In this document: positions 26,331-40,060 of the stretch, piece after piece
Numbering within the stretch: position 1 is the stretch's first letter
Layout of the letters: each line of letters opens with the position of its first letter
Assembly: GCA_964016885.1 (NCBI GenBank)
Contig: OZ024743.1
Span: 248,000,001-248,064,000 of the forward strand
Direction of reading: 5' to 3'
Length of the DNA stretch: 64,000 bases
Origin: Eledone cirrhosa
Taxonomy: Eukaryota
Translations under genes and position numbers: made by a program
The notes under the pieces: generated by a model
Seen by the model: the letters and a program-made list of their open reading frames with translations, nothing else
Told to the model about the DNA's origin: nothing
Databases searched by the model: none

Positions 26331-27434
26331 CAATTATTAGGTCCCGGGTTCAATCCTACTGCGTGGCATCTTGAGCAACTATCATTTTCCACAGCCTTAG
26401 GTTGACTCATACTTTGTGAGTGAAATTGAGCAGGTGGAAACTGCTTGGAAGCTCGTTGGATAGGCTGTGCCTATAATTCAAAGGTACGGCCTTATCGCAC
26501 TAAATTGCACTGAGAATTACGCTAAGAGCATGTGTCGTCTGTTGAATGCTCAGTCACTTACACGTTGATTTCATGAGCAGTCTGCTCCATTGATCGAGCA
26601 ACTACAAAACACATCTTCCAAACTGATGGAGGTCCATTCGATTCCAGTGAAGTTGCTGTTGCACCAGGTCAGCTCTGATCGAGCAGACATGATAAAAAAT
26701 GTTTCAACCGTAGCCATCCCGTCCTATTTATCTGTAGCTACATTATTAACTAATGTGTCATATCTTTTCTTAGACGGAAGTAGAGTATGATTTCAGGGAG
26801 ACTTTGGCGCTATTTCTATCGCGTAGCTGCTCTCTCTCTCTCTCTCTCTCTCGCTCTCACGCGCGTGCGCACATATTTTTATTACTGGGGATGATAACTT
26901 CGGAGAGTTATATCAATGCAGATGAAAGATAATTGAACAATCAATAGTAATTAGGTGATTCTGGAGAGTAGTAGAGATGGGGTCGAATCGATTAATCAGC
27001 AAATAATTGGTATCGGCGAAAATGCCGATACAGATTAATCGAAGATTGTCAGGGGATATTTGACTGATTGGTTGATCTTTTAAACTGTATTGGTTTAAAA
27101 TAAGATAGAGATTCGAATTATAAGTTTGTTTAAAAGTATTTTTAAAATCTCCAGCAATAATTATTTCTAATTTAGGTACAAGGCCAACAATTTGTGGAGA
27201 GAACAAAGTCGATTACATCGACCCTAGTTCATGACGGGTACATTGTTTTATCGAGACCCGGAAGGATGAAAGGCAAAGTTGAGACGCTCGAACGATTCTG
27301 CCAATCCACTGCCCTTTTCCAGTAATAATTTCTGTTATCTTAATTGACTCAAACAAAAAATAAAATTTAATAATCAATGTATATAAATAGGGAGACATAA
27401 AGAAAGATTTGTTTAGAAACGGCTAGCGAATTTG

Positions 27435-27692
27435 AAAATTAGGTAGGAACATGTGCTTACGCCGTATTTGACTAAATAGAATTAGTCTGTTAGTTGGTAT
27501 TGTTTAAAAAACCCTCTGAATGGTAAAAAGGATAACACATTGGTCCGGCAAACCAAAGATGTGGGTTCGTGTCCCATGTACGTCAATACTCATCCTTTTT
27601 TTTTTCTATTCAGAGGGTTTTTTTAAATCCCAACTAACAGACTAATTCTATTTAGTCAAATACGGCGTAAGTACATGTTACTACCTAATTTT
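27435..27692 (+). mobile_element. Fold-back element around a tRNA-like 3' half
   Basis: Arms ~27435-27533 and ~27590-27692; centre has stem TTGGT-ccggcaa-ACCAA and B-box-like GGGTTCGTGTCCC. Confidence 0.6.
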
Positions 27693-27986
27693 AGTAATCA
27701 AATTTAAGCTAACAACCAATATGTTAATAGACATGTTGAATGTTGCTTTTTATGCATGTTTGGTTAATTACATATATTTTTTCTTTTGTGATTATGTCAA
27801 TATAACTACTCAGGTTACACATGTTGGCAGTGCTGGATTTACCATTGTGCTTAGGTGTGCTTAAGCACAAGGCCCTGTTGTCCAGTGGGGTGGGGTGGGG
27901 ACCATCTTCTCCCTGCCAAAACTTTTTTTTTAATTCCTTCAGGGCCCAAGTAAGGAGCCTCATAACTTAACTACCACAGGGGCTCA

Positions 27987-28864
27987 TCTATATATATATA
28001 TAAAACAGATAATGTCTGTCTGTCTGTATGTATGAATGTCTGTTTCCCTAAAACTCGAGAACCACCCAACCGATTTTTTTTCAAACTTTACACATGTAAT
28101 ACTTATGGTCATGTGAGTGTTTTGAACAAAAAATATTTCAAATTTTCAATGCCCTAGGGACCGGATTAGGCGAAAAACCGCATAGTTTAGGCTTTAAAGG
28201 CTTTTTTGAGACATAACGGAACAATAATCCAGGCGATTTCTTCAAAATTTGCATTACTTATGTCGTTTAAAGTGTTTTTAGCAAATAAAATGTTCTCATG
28301 TTTTGCCCCAAGGACCGCATTAGTCGAAAAACCGATTTTTTGAAGCATTTTGGTTGCGTTAGGGCCTGTAACTCGAGAAGTACCCAACCGATTTTTTTTT
28401 AACTTTGCATATGCATTACTTATGTTTCACAAATTTTCTTGACTGAAAAAGATTTCAAATTTTTTCCCGGGGACCGCATTGTTTAGCATTTTGGTTGCGT
28501 TAGGGCCTGTAACCTTAAAAGTATCCAACTAAATTCCTTCATGCTCTCCACCATGCAGTCCCGCATGCTTACTGCTCTGTAACTATTGCTTTCATTATAC
28601 CATAGCACAACAAATACATGTTCGGTTTGTCGAATGCCTTTTTACTTAACCCTATCGTCTTGGCTTTCGTGGGTTGAACATTTTACTCTCAGGCACCCAA
28701 TTAAGTTAAACTCCTGGTAATCTACGACGATTTTTTTTTTATAAGCACATGTACATGTAGACACCATCCCCAGGCCGAGGTATTCCGTACTTCTCTATTC
28801 TGTTTCAGAAAGGAGGGATAAATCTATGTTTAGAATCCCGAGCAACGCCGGGCCATTCTGTTAG
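27987..28864 (+). mobile_element. Non-autonomous Helitron with the same termini but a different interior
   Basis: A|TCTATATATA..(CTGT)n start; CCCGAGCAACGCCGGG hairpin then TTAG|T end. Confidence 0.82.
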
Positions 28865-29234
28865 TTTGCTCTAAATCCGTCACTGTATGTTGGTGTTACA
28901 ATGACAGTGATGAAAGAAAACGGAAACCTGAATGTGGGACATGTTATTGAACGACGTGGCAGAGTAGTTAGAAGAGTAGTGTTCGTTCCCGCTCCCTGAG
29001 CTCTGAGTTCAAATCCTGTCGAAGTCAACATTGCCTGTCATCCTTTCGAGGTCGATAACTAAAATACCAACCCAATACTGGGGTCGATCATCCCTCTCCC
29101 CCCATTTCAGACCACTACGTTCTAACGACCCTGTCACATCGCCATAGTACTTAAGTTAATGGCCGATGGGTGGATGGAAGTACTGTATATCATGTTTACT
29201 GGCGAGAGAGTGTATATATAAGTGTTTGTATACT

Positions 29235-29455
29235 GGGAGGCCACATGCTGCGACAGGTGGAAGATACCCAAATACTGGGATTTGATCGACCGCTTCATTT
29301 TCGTGCAAGTCACAGTCGAGACCTCCGGTAACCTTGATCACCCGGCTGCTGTTTTCCAAAATTGAGAGAAGTACATCCCACTTGAAGAAAGAGCCCCTGT
29401 GATGTGGAATGGCGAGTGACGCTAGCTGTTCTTCGTGGCAATATTTTTGCCAAGC
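29235..29455 (+). pseudogene. Degenerate CRE-type RLE fragment
   Basis: WEATCCD..KY.DLIDRFIFVQVTVETSG..RVTLAVLRGN, homologous to 44085-44400. Confidence 0.55.
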
Positions 29456-29874
29456 GTGTAGTAGAATTTAACCCTTTCCTTCTTTTAAATATAATTTTTC
29501 TTTCCCACTTTTTTCTCTCTTCCGGTTTATTATTAATGCTTTTAAATATTTTAGTTATTGTATGTAAATAAATTGTATTTAAATACCATAAAAACACTCA
29601 CTCCCCCCTTTTAACTTGCTGTAATTACTGTGTATCATGTATACTGATGAGAGAGTATATATATGTGGAATGTTTGTATAATTCGTTTCTGAATTTGTTT
29701 AGCAAGATTCTTTATCTGAAATCGTGTGTTGAAACCGATATTGTTATACTTTGGGAGGGTCATGTTGCCAATAAGAAACACACGCACCAGTTGCTTTCAC
29801 TTCAATTTATTATAATAAATTTATAAATTTATGGTTGGTTGGTTGGTTCCACAACCAGATAGTTGTTTATATAT

Positions 29875-29919
29875 AGTCATAGTTCTTTCGTCACACACTC
29901 TGTGACCTCTTCAGTGACT
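29875..29919 (-). ncRNA. Intact-core minimal type I HHR
   Basis: AGTCA-CTGAAGA-gGTCACA gagtg TGTGAC-GAAA-G aa C-TA^TGACT. Confidence 0.75.
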
Positions 29920-31391
29920 GGGGATTCCTTTCTTTGTTTCTGTGCCTCTCCTTTGTTCTGTCCTACGCCATTTTGTTTCTGTGTGTGTGTTGTGTGCTCA
30001 GTCTGCGCATGCGCCACATCCGGGTGTCTGTGTGTGTTTATGTTCATTTATTTATTTGTTTATTTACATGTTACTGGTTGGTTGTTTGTTCTATGTGTGT
30101 GTGTGTTTTCATTTTGTCCTTAATTGTAAGTTGTAATGTTGCTGTTCCACTCATATTTTCTATTTAATTTTGGTTGTAATTCTTTTATGTTTATTGCCTC
30201 TGTATAATTGTTTTACACATGTTTTATTGTATTCCCACTTTTTTTTATTTGTATTATTTCTGGGTTGGCAGAATCATTACAGTGTCAGACAAAATGCTTT
30301 GCAGCGTTTAGTTCCGGCTTTTTATGTTCTTAGTTCAAATCCCAATTTTGGGGGTTCGATAAAATAAAGTATCAGTCACGTACTGGATCGATTTAACCCA
30401 CTTTCACATCCCTCAAAAGCACTGGCTTCGTGCCTGTTAGAAACAATTTCGCCATTTTTTAAATGGTGTGTCCAACAAATGTTACGTAAGCCCACATCAC
30501 TAATGTTTCATTACCCCCTCCCCCACACACATCCCACAAACCACTCACTCCTCCTCCTCCAGTGTTCTATCTTAAGTCATTGCTACCATCACCATTAAAC
30601 TTCCCGCTGGCTCATACGCCAACGCCGTCGGCGTCGCCGCTATCACAGAGTCAGTTAATCAATGTCACTTTAACTCCGTTACATCCAATATCACAACTAC
30701 ACACACATACACACATGTACATACTCCTCACCACCACCAACATCAACATCATAACCACCATCACCATCAGTACTACCACAATCACTATCACCCCCCCCCC
30801 CCCCCCCTACCATCAACAATAATATAAGTATAATAGATATAGTTATATATTATAATCTGAACATTGACTCAAGGATTAATGATTTGTTTTGTTTATATTT
30901 GTGTCGCCAGAGAAAAAAGAAATGATCAAGAGAGCGATGCTCTTACACTGGTACATCACCATAACAATAAACTGTTATACAGACATAACTACATCATACA
31001 TACATACATACATACACACATAAATCCATACATACATAGCTACGCGTGTATGTATGATGAAAAAGACCCCTAATTCTTGTTAGGACATCATCCTAGGAGA
31101 AGGAAAACTCTGATGTAAAACCTACAACTCGATGGCAGTCAATGATGTTGACCTGTTCTTTGGGGATATTTGCCACTGTTGTTTAGAGCGTGTGACTGGT
31201 CCAGTGTCATCGTGCTTTGTGTGAATATAGACAAATAGCATACACTATGTGTGTGTGAGAGAGAGAGGTGAATATGAAAGCATATGCAATATATTTATAT
31301 ACAATAAACGTAAGAGAGAACCTTGCTATCAAAGAAAAGATATTTTTCTCTTGTTTGCTCTGTGAACATGTCACAGATATCTCAGTAGCAG

Positions 31392-31452
31392 TTGAGAATG
31401 CCAGACAACTACTTTAAGATTCGTTAACTGCTCATCAGTGACATTCACTCAA
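31392..31452 (-). ncRNA. Partially deleted HHR with long stem I
   Basis: TTGAGtGAATGTCA-CTGATGA-gcagttaac...aagtagttGTC^TGGCATTCTCAA. Confidence 0.45.
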
Positions 31453-32167
31453 CGGGTACTGAAATGAAAATAGACAAGAACCTCTATAGATTTTGCGTAT
31501 TGAACTTTTGTTGGGTATGCTCACTTGCATATAGTAAATAGAAAACATCGGCTAAGCATTTCCTGTCGATGTTTTCTATTCTACGTAAATTTTTGCTACA
31601 TATACATACACGCGCGCGCACGTGTGCGTATGCGTATGCGTACGTGTATGTGCGTATGTGTAGGTGTGTGTATACACACATAAATGTATTGTTTGTGTAT
31701 TATGTGAATGAATAATTTTCATATGACTCCGCGCATTATTCACAATAACTCCCATAGTTACACAAACACAACTTGTTCACATATTTTTTTAACGCTTCAT
31801 GCTCAAATAAGTTCTAATTTATCAACGTGTAAAACGGTTACAACTAACTAGCTGCCTCAATGTTATCTCTGTCTGTACACTATTATGAACGCTTTTTATC
31901 GATAAATTCACATTCTGGTTTATCTTACATATTATTTTATTAGATAAACTCAATGCCTACAATGGTACAATTGTGTACGTGTGTATATGTATGCGTGTAT
32001 ACATACCTACATACATACACACATACATATACACACACACATACACGTATCTCCCTCTCTCTCTATCTATCTATCTATCTATTTATCTATAATAAAGAAA
32101 CATATCTATTTATCTCTCTCTATATATATATATATAATTAGAAAGTGAACAACACAAAATATAACTA

Positions 32168-32235
32168 CTCCATTACCAAAGGTTTCTGGATCACAGACGA
32201 TAATAACATACGTCTGGATCGTTCGTCAGACAAAG
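32168..32235 (-). ncRNA. Type I HHR (wobble-rich stem I)
   Basis: ctttgt-CTGACGA-acGATCCAGACG..CGTCTGtGATCca-GAA-ACC ttt GGT-A^atggag. Confidence 0.6.
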
Positions 32236-32451
32236 ATGATATAGATAAAAGATATGAAATGAGATTTAAAATCTGTTAAAAATTGGAAGTGAGGCTGGAA
32301 TAATAACGGGAAATATACATAAGAAAAGAAGGGTAAGAAAAATAATATATAAAAAATAAAAATATAAAGCAATATAGAAAAAGACATACATATACACACA
32401 CATACACACATTCACATAAAAGGAAAAAATATATATGTATATATACATACA

Positions 32452-32485
<34 letters not shown>

Positions 32486-32540
32486 CATATACACACAAAC
32501 ATACATGTACACTGACATACACATATACATATATACAGAT

Positions 32541-32590
<50 letters not shown>

Positions 32591-32664
32591 ATATACAGAC
32601 ATACATACAGACATATACAAATACATTACACACTCACATATATCACATACATATATATATATAT

Positions 32665-32940
32665 CAATGATATTAATAAATGGAAACTATATTTATAAAA
32701 CCCTATTTATTCTATTATATATATTTCAAGGATACCAAAAATGTTGGTACGCTATCATCAGATAAAATACGAAGTGTGTTTTATAAATTTTGACATAACC
32801 AAGGATAATATACCTTAACGGTTCAAGTTATCCCTGCATATCCAGAGATAACTTGAATCGTTAACGTATATTATTCTTGGTTATGTCAACATTTATAAAA
32901 CACTTCGTATTTTATCTGATGATAGCGTACCAACATTTTG
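32665..32940 (-). mobile_element. Fold-back PLE-type micro-element with HHR at 32708-32769
   Basis: Arms 32737-32838 and 32848-32940; HHR TATTTTAT-CTGATGA-..GTACCAA..TTGGTAT..-GAAA-TATATA-TA^ATAGAATA. Confidence 0.75.
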
Positions 32941-33294
32941 AGGTCACAGAATGTGTGACGAAAGAACTTTGACAATATATGAACAACCGTCTTGTTGTGG
33001 GACCAATCAACCGGAAATTAATAAATTTTTTTAATTTATAATTTAATTGGAGTGAATAATATACAAAACGATACGGAGACGTCACACACAGAGTTATACA
33101 TAAATACAATCACACGCAAAACTACAAATAGATACATGCATGTATGTGTCCAGTGGAAGTATAAACAGCTTGGAGCATGCAAAAATACAAATGTACATCG
33201 CAGATAACCACACACATAAATACATATATACATACACACGTAACCACATATATATAAAATATATATATATATACACATATACATACACACACAT

Positions 33295-33349
<55 letters not shown>

Positions 33350-33365
33350 TACATACATACATACA

Positions 33366-33418
<53 letters not shown>

Positions 33419-33468
33419 GGCGTAGGACAGAACAAAGGAGAGGCACAGAAACAAAGAAAGGAATCCCC

Positions 33469-33513
33469 AGTCACTGAAGAGGTCACAGAGTGTGTGGCGA
33501 AAGAACTATGACT
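33469..33513 (+). ncRNA. Copy of the 29875-29919 HHR
   Basis: Lies within the ~300 bp inverted duplicate 33418-33721 of 29683-29970. Confidence 0.72.
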
Positions 33514-33906
33514 ATATATAAACAACTATCTGGTTGCGGAACCAACCAACCAGAAATTTATAAATTTATAAATTTATTATAAATTTATTATAATAAATTG
33601 AAGTGAAAGCAACTGGTGCGTGTGTTTCTTATTGGCAACATGACCCTCCCAAAGTATAACAATATCGGTTTCAACACACGATTTCAGATAAAGAATCTTG
33701 CTAAACAAATTCAGAAACGAAATATATATATATATATATAGTATTAAGGATACTATTTATGGTTATGTATGTAATAAAACCTTTTATGGTAATATATTTT
33801 TTATACAAACCCTAAATAGTGAAAGATAGTCATTAATTACTATCTTATTACCAGTAAGATAAATAGCTCAATGTAATAACATCGGTTGTTTTACAGAGCA
33901 GTTATA

Positions 33907-35362
<1,456 letters not shown>

Positions 35363-35438
35363 CAAATATATATATATATAAATATATATATATATTTATA
35401 TAAATATATATATATATAAATATAACAAATAACTCATT

Positions 35439-35494
<56 letters not shown>

Positions 35495-35587
35495 AATGAG
35501 TTATTTGTTTTGTTGATTATTCAACAAAGTTAATTTATAACAGATTAGAAGCACTCAACATTTTTCTGGAGTATAATTAATATCATT

Positions 35588-35810
35588 AATATTAATAAAT
35601 GGAAAATATCTTTATAAAACCATATTTATTTTATTATACATATTTCATTTAAACTTATAACATAAAGTTCATATGAAGATATGTCACTATCTTTAAACCA
35701 AATATTGTATTTTATCTGACGAAAGCGTACTAAAATATTGGTACCCGTGAAATATGTCTAATAAAGTAAATATGGTTTTATAAAGATATTTTCCATTTAT
35801 TAATATTATT
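35588..35810 (+). mobile_element. Fold-back micro-element of the 32665 family; HHR at 35709-35765
   Basis: Arms 35588-35647 and 35748-35808; TTTAT-CTGACGA..GAAAtatgtCTA^ATAAA. Confidence 0.65.
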
Positions 35811-35811
35811 G

Positions 35812-35861
<50 letters not shown>

Positions 35862-35872
35862 CATATACACAT

Positions 35873-35950
<78 letters not shown>

Positions 35951-36526
35951 TTACATAAGATATATAAAAAATATATGTGTTAGGTGATTCCGAAGAGAAA
36001 GCAAAGGAAAGAACGAGTGCTCTATGTATAGAACAGAGCATGATATAAGGATGTAAGCCGCTGACCATAGAAATACGTATTATGTTTTTACGAAACATTA
36101 AAGGAATATATTGGAATGAATCCAGCCTCCTTTTTTCATTGAAGTATTTAATTCCGTTCCTGCACCAACCAGAAGGTACCAAATCTGTGATGGATGTTAC
36201 GCACTATGTTGAGTGTTTTTTTTTGTTGTTTTCTTATTGCATCACGGTCTGCAAATGGGAATGACAAGTTCGACCCATTAGTTAAACCGCCCAACATAAA
36301 CGGCATATATATAACAAAGGGAGAGTGATCGACAGTCTGTTTCTCGCGTGTTAACGTTTATCAAGACCACACACTCCCCTGCCTTTGCCGAAAATAAGTA
36401 ATTGACATAGTCACTACTTTAAAACTCATAGCGAATGGTCTTCAATATGTTTTTAATTAAACATACAGTATATTGCCAAATATACTATAAATACATTCAT
36501 GTATACATCGCTATTTCAGAGCACCA

Positions 36527-36610
<84 letters not shown>

Positions 36611-36777
36611 CTAACAAATAGTTTATCACTCTACATGGTTGAATACAATAAATGTAATCTGAGTTTTTCGAATATTAATAATAATCGATTCATTTGCAAT
36701 TATGCAAATAGCCTCTTTAAGCCATATCAGTAAAATGAGCCTGTCATTCTTGCTCTTGTGTTGGCATGCAAACAGAA

Positions 36778-36822
36778 CTGCAGATACTAATGTTTCTGTG
36801 TAATTACCCTTCATCAGTACAG
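36778..36822 (-). ncRNA. Degenerate minimal HHR
   Basis: CTGTA-CTGATGA-agggtaattacaca-GAAAcattagtATC^TGCAG. Confidence 0.45.
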
Positions 36823-36887
36823 TGCACTGCTTATCTGCCAACTGTCAGAGCTAGTGAAAATATATGATATTTTCTAAAATATACAGC

Positions 36888-37064
36888 GACTGATCAGCCT
36901 GATTTGCATATTAGCAGACTGCCTGATCAGTCAGATCTGCATATTAGCAGATCCACTGATCAGCCAGATCTGCATATTAGCAGATCCACTGATCAGCCTG
37001 ATTTGCATATTAGCAGACTGCCTGATCAGTCAGATCTGCATATTAGCAGACCCACTGATCAACC
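36888..37064. repeat. 33-bp minisatellite, ~5.5 units
   Basis: Unit gatccactgatcagccagatctgcatattagca with a 3-unit higher-order repeat. Confidence 0.9.
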
Positions 37065-37168
37065 ATATATATATATATATATATCAACAGTTTTTCAAGA
37101 GATGGCAACATGAATGGACCTGTTAATTTTCTCGCCCGTCCCTTCAATCCTTCTAATTTCTCATTCTT

Positions 37169-37204
37169 TCTTCTGATGAAGGACTAGCGTCCGAAATGTT
37201 AAGA
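37169..37204 (+). ncRNA. Minimal type I HHR
   Basis: TCTT-CTGATGA-aGGAC tagc GTCC-GAAATGTT^AAGA. Confidence 0.7.
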
Positions 37205-37306
37205 CCCTCTTCCAGCTATTTTTTTCAAGCGTTAAACTAATATATTCCTTCCATACACTGTACCGATTGTGCTGTTATTTCTGTTTACCTTTTACACATA
37301 TGTGTG

Positions 37307-37704
37307 TATAGGTAGGTAAGTAGGTGGGTAAGTAGGTAGGTAGGTAGGTGGGTGGGTGGGTAGGTAGCTGGGTGGGTAAGTAGGTAGGTAGGTAGGTAAG
37401 TAGGTGGGTAAGTAGGTAGGTAGGTAGGTAGGTAGGTGGGTAGGTAGGTAGGTAGGTAGGTAGGTAGGTAGGTAGGTAGGTAGGTAGGTAGGTAGGTAGG
37501 TAGGTAGGTGGGTAAGTAGGTAGGTAGGTAGGTGGGTAAGTAGGTAGGTAGGTAGGTAGGTAGGTAGGTAGGTAGGTAGGTAGGTAGGTGGGTAAGTGGT
37601 AGGTAGGTAGGTAGGTAGGTAGGTAGGTAGGTAGGTAGGTAGGTAGGTAGGTAGGTAGGTAGGTAGGTAGGTAGGTAGGTAGGTAGGTAGGTAGGTAGGT
37701 GGGT
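37307..37704. repeat. (GTAG)n microsatellite, ~400 bp
   Basis: Read directly from the sequence. Confidence 0.97.
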
Positions 37705-38714
37705 AAAAGCGACTCAAAAATGGAGCAAGAAAGCAAACGATTAACAGCATAAAAATTTAAGACAAAGTAAACAAAAGTGAAATAAGTAGAAAAAAAGAAG
37801 ACACGTGGCAGATAAAAAATATCCACAAAATAAACAATGTGTGTACAGTGAAAATATTTACGCCGAATGGAAAACATGCGTGGCTTAGTGGTTAAGTCGT
37901 TAGGCTCATGATAATAACGTTGTGAATTACATCCTGTTGACACGTTGTGTTTCTTGCCTGTGATTCAAAGCTGTATCTCCCTGGTAATTAAGTTTAGATA
38001 AGGTAAATACAAATAAATAAATAAGTAAATAAGTGTGGATGATCTCTCTCTTTCACTCACTGCCTCTGTCTTTCTCGCCCTCTCCCTGTCTCACTATAAT
38101 AAGCAAATGTGGGCTCACGCGCTGACGCCTTGTGGCCCCGGCGGACAGCGTAGAAAAGATATTTCCCCGGAAGATGGCGAGGGAAATGTGTTGGAAGAGC
38201 CATTCCAACTCGTTAGGCTCACACCTGCGGATTTCAATTGGTTCCAAATACCTAATTTTTAAGAGAGAGATCGTTAAGTGAGTGGCGAATTCACATAAAA
38301 TAAATTAATGAAATGGCGGTTATGATCTCGCCAATGAGGTTTGACGTGGGGAATGTTTGTGTCAAAAAAAAAAAAAAAAGGAAGTAATCAGTTTAGTTAC
38401 AAATAATGAACAATGTCTCTATTTTTTTTTTTAATCATTCGTATTGCCGGTGCCTGAGTATTTTAGTACCCTGCGGTAACCCTACAATATGCGCCCTTTT
38501 CATTCAGTTATGCAGCCCATTCTCCCAAATAAAATAATTTAAGTTTAAAGTTTTGCAAGCTTTCGATTCTGGCACTTCTTGCTCTGACCACACTAAGAAA
38601 ATTACTAAACCAGTGTTTTTCACTATGACCTCTCACCATAATAAAATCTGTCTTCAACTTGCTACATGACAAAGATGTTTCGGGATTTCTTCTTCATCTT
38701 CTTCTTCTTTTTGG

Positions 38715-38900
38715 GGTGGTCGTGGAGTCCTCAAGCATACCTTCCAGTAAGTCCTGTCAGAAGCAATCGTCTCCAATTGAACCGGCTGGATCCCCTAGCG
38801 AGACCAGCCGAGCTTATGAATGTTATCCAACCATCTTACTCGGTGTCTACCCCTGGGGCTCCTGTCGGTTGGTTTTGCGCGGAAAATCTGTCCAACGCTT
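38715..38900 (-). mobile_element. RTE LINE 3' fragment
   Basis: Homologous to 640-812; (GAA)n-like tail at 38686-38710. Confidence 0.65.
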
Positions 38901-39439
38901 CTTTCCTGAGACAGTATTATTGGGGCTGTGATCTCTCGATTTGTGGAAGTAGTACCGACTCTCTGATCTCCGAGCTACACACTCTATCGAGTAACTCTAC
39001 GCCTAAGACCCTTCAGAGGGAGCCCATTCCTGAACATTGAATATTGTTAGGCCTTCTTTATTAACTGCATTTATTAGCTGATCAAAATTTGCACCATCGA
39101 AGTTCTGAAGTATTTTCTGCAGTTTTATAAATACGGTATTTTGTGGTATTGTTTGTCACCCAGATCTATAACCCTGAAATTTTGTTCTGAGTCCTTCTTC
39201 ATAACAGATTCCGTGACTTCCTTTGCAGTTGACACAATAATAATACCCTCTCCAATTGCACGTTTATATAAAGGATATATGGTAAGAGACCTCCATTTCC
39301 CTTTTAAATATGAGACTGTGACCATAGACAAGGCGATGTGACTAAATATATGGTACCAGGAAAAACTAGACAGGAAGATATGAACAGACCTACACAAACG
39401 AAATTTTATTTAAATTCTCGTATGAGCTCCACATCTCCA

Positions 39440-40060
39440 TTGCACTTCGAGGGGGAGCCGATGTCTGTGGGGTCTGAGATGTCGCTGTGGTAGGTCCCTC
39501 GACTCCATAGGCCTACATGGTTTGTCCTGCCGCCTGAATGCTGGTCGTTTCGCCCGCCACACCGAGCTAAACCAGATCATTAAACGGGCTCTAGCTCGGG
39601 TAAATATCCCCTCAGTTCTGGAGCCGGCTGGAATATCCAGAAGTGATGGGGAGAGACCAGACGGCTCTACCCTGTTTCCCTGGGTAAGAGACCAGACGGC
39701 TCTACCCTTTTTCTCTGGGTAAGAGGTAGGTCTCTCATCTGGGACGTCACAGTCAGTGACTCTTTTGCTCCCTCCCACATCATGGATGCCACAATAAATG
39801 TGGCGGTCACTGCTTCCGTTGCCGAACGGAATAAAATTCGGAAATACCTGGATTTATCTAGTAATTATTTTTTCCAGCCTGTGGCGTTCGAGACGTTTGG
39901 TGGAGGGCTGCTGACAGTAAAGTTCTTGTCATCGCTGGCGGTTCGCCTTACTGATGTTTCAGGTGATGCCCGTGAAGGTGCCTGGTTGTTTCAGCGCATT
40001 AGCCTCACCATCACTGATAATGTTGCAAGCGTGTTGGCTTCCCTCAAAGCGTACAGTTGA
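39440..40060 (+). pseudogene. CRE-clade LINE zinc knuckle + restriction-like endonuclease fragment
   Basis: CRCG..D..GLHGLSC..GRFARH.ELN..EP..DGERPDG, WDVT, KIRKY, PVAFETFG, FQRIS. Confidence 0.8.

Noticed and set aside
27540-27585. tRNA gene
   Set aside because: Only the 3' half is tRNA-like; no acceptor stem or D arm
36888-37064. CRISPR-like array
   Set aside because: Contiguous tandem units without unique spacers; eukaryotic context; no cas genes
37275-37943. 222-aa ORF with PTYL repeats
   Set aside because: Translation of the (GTAG)n microsatellite
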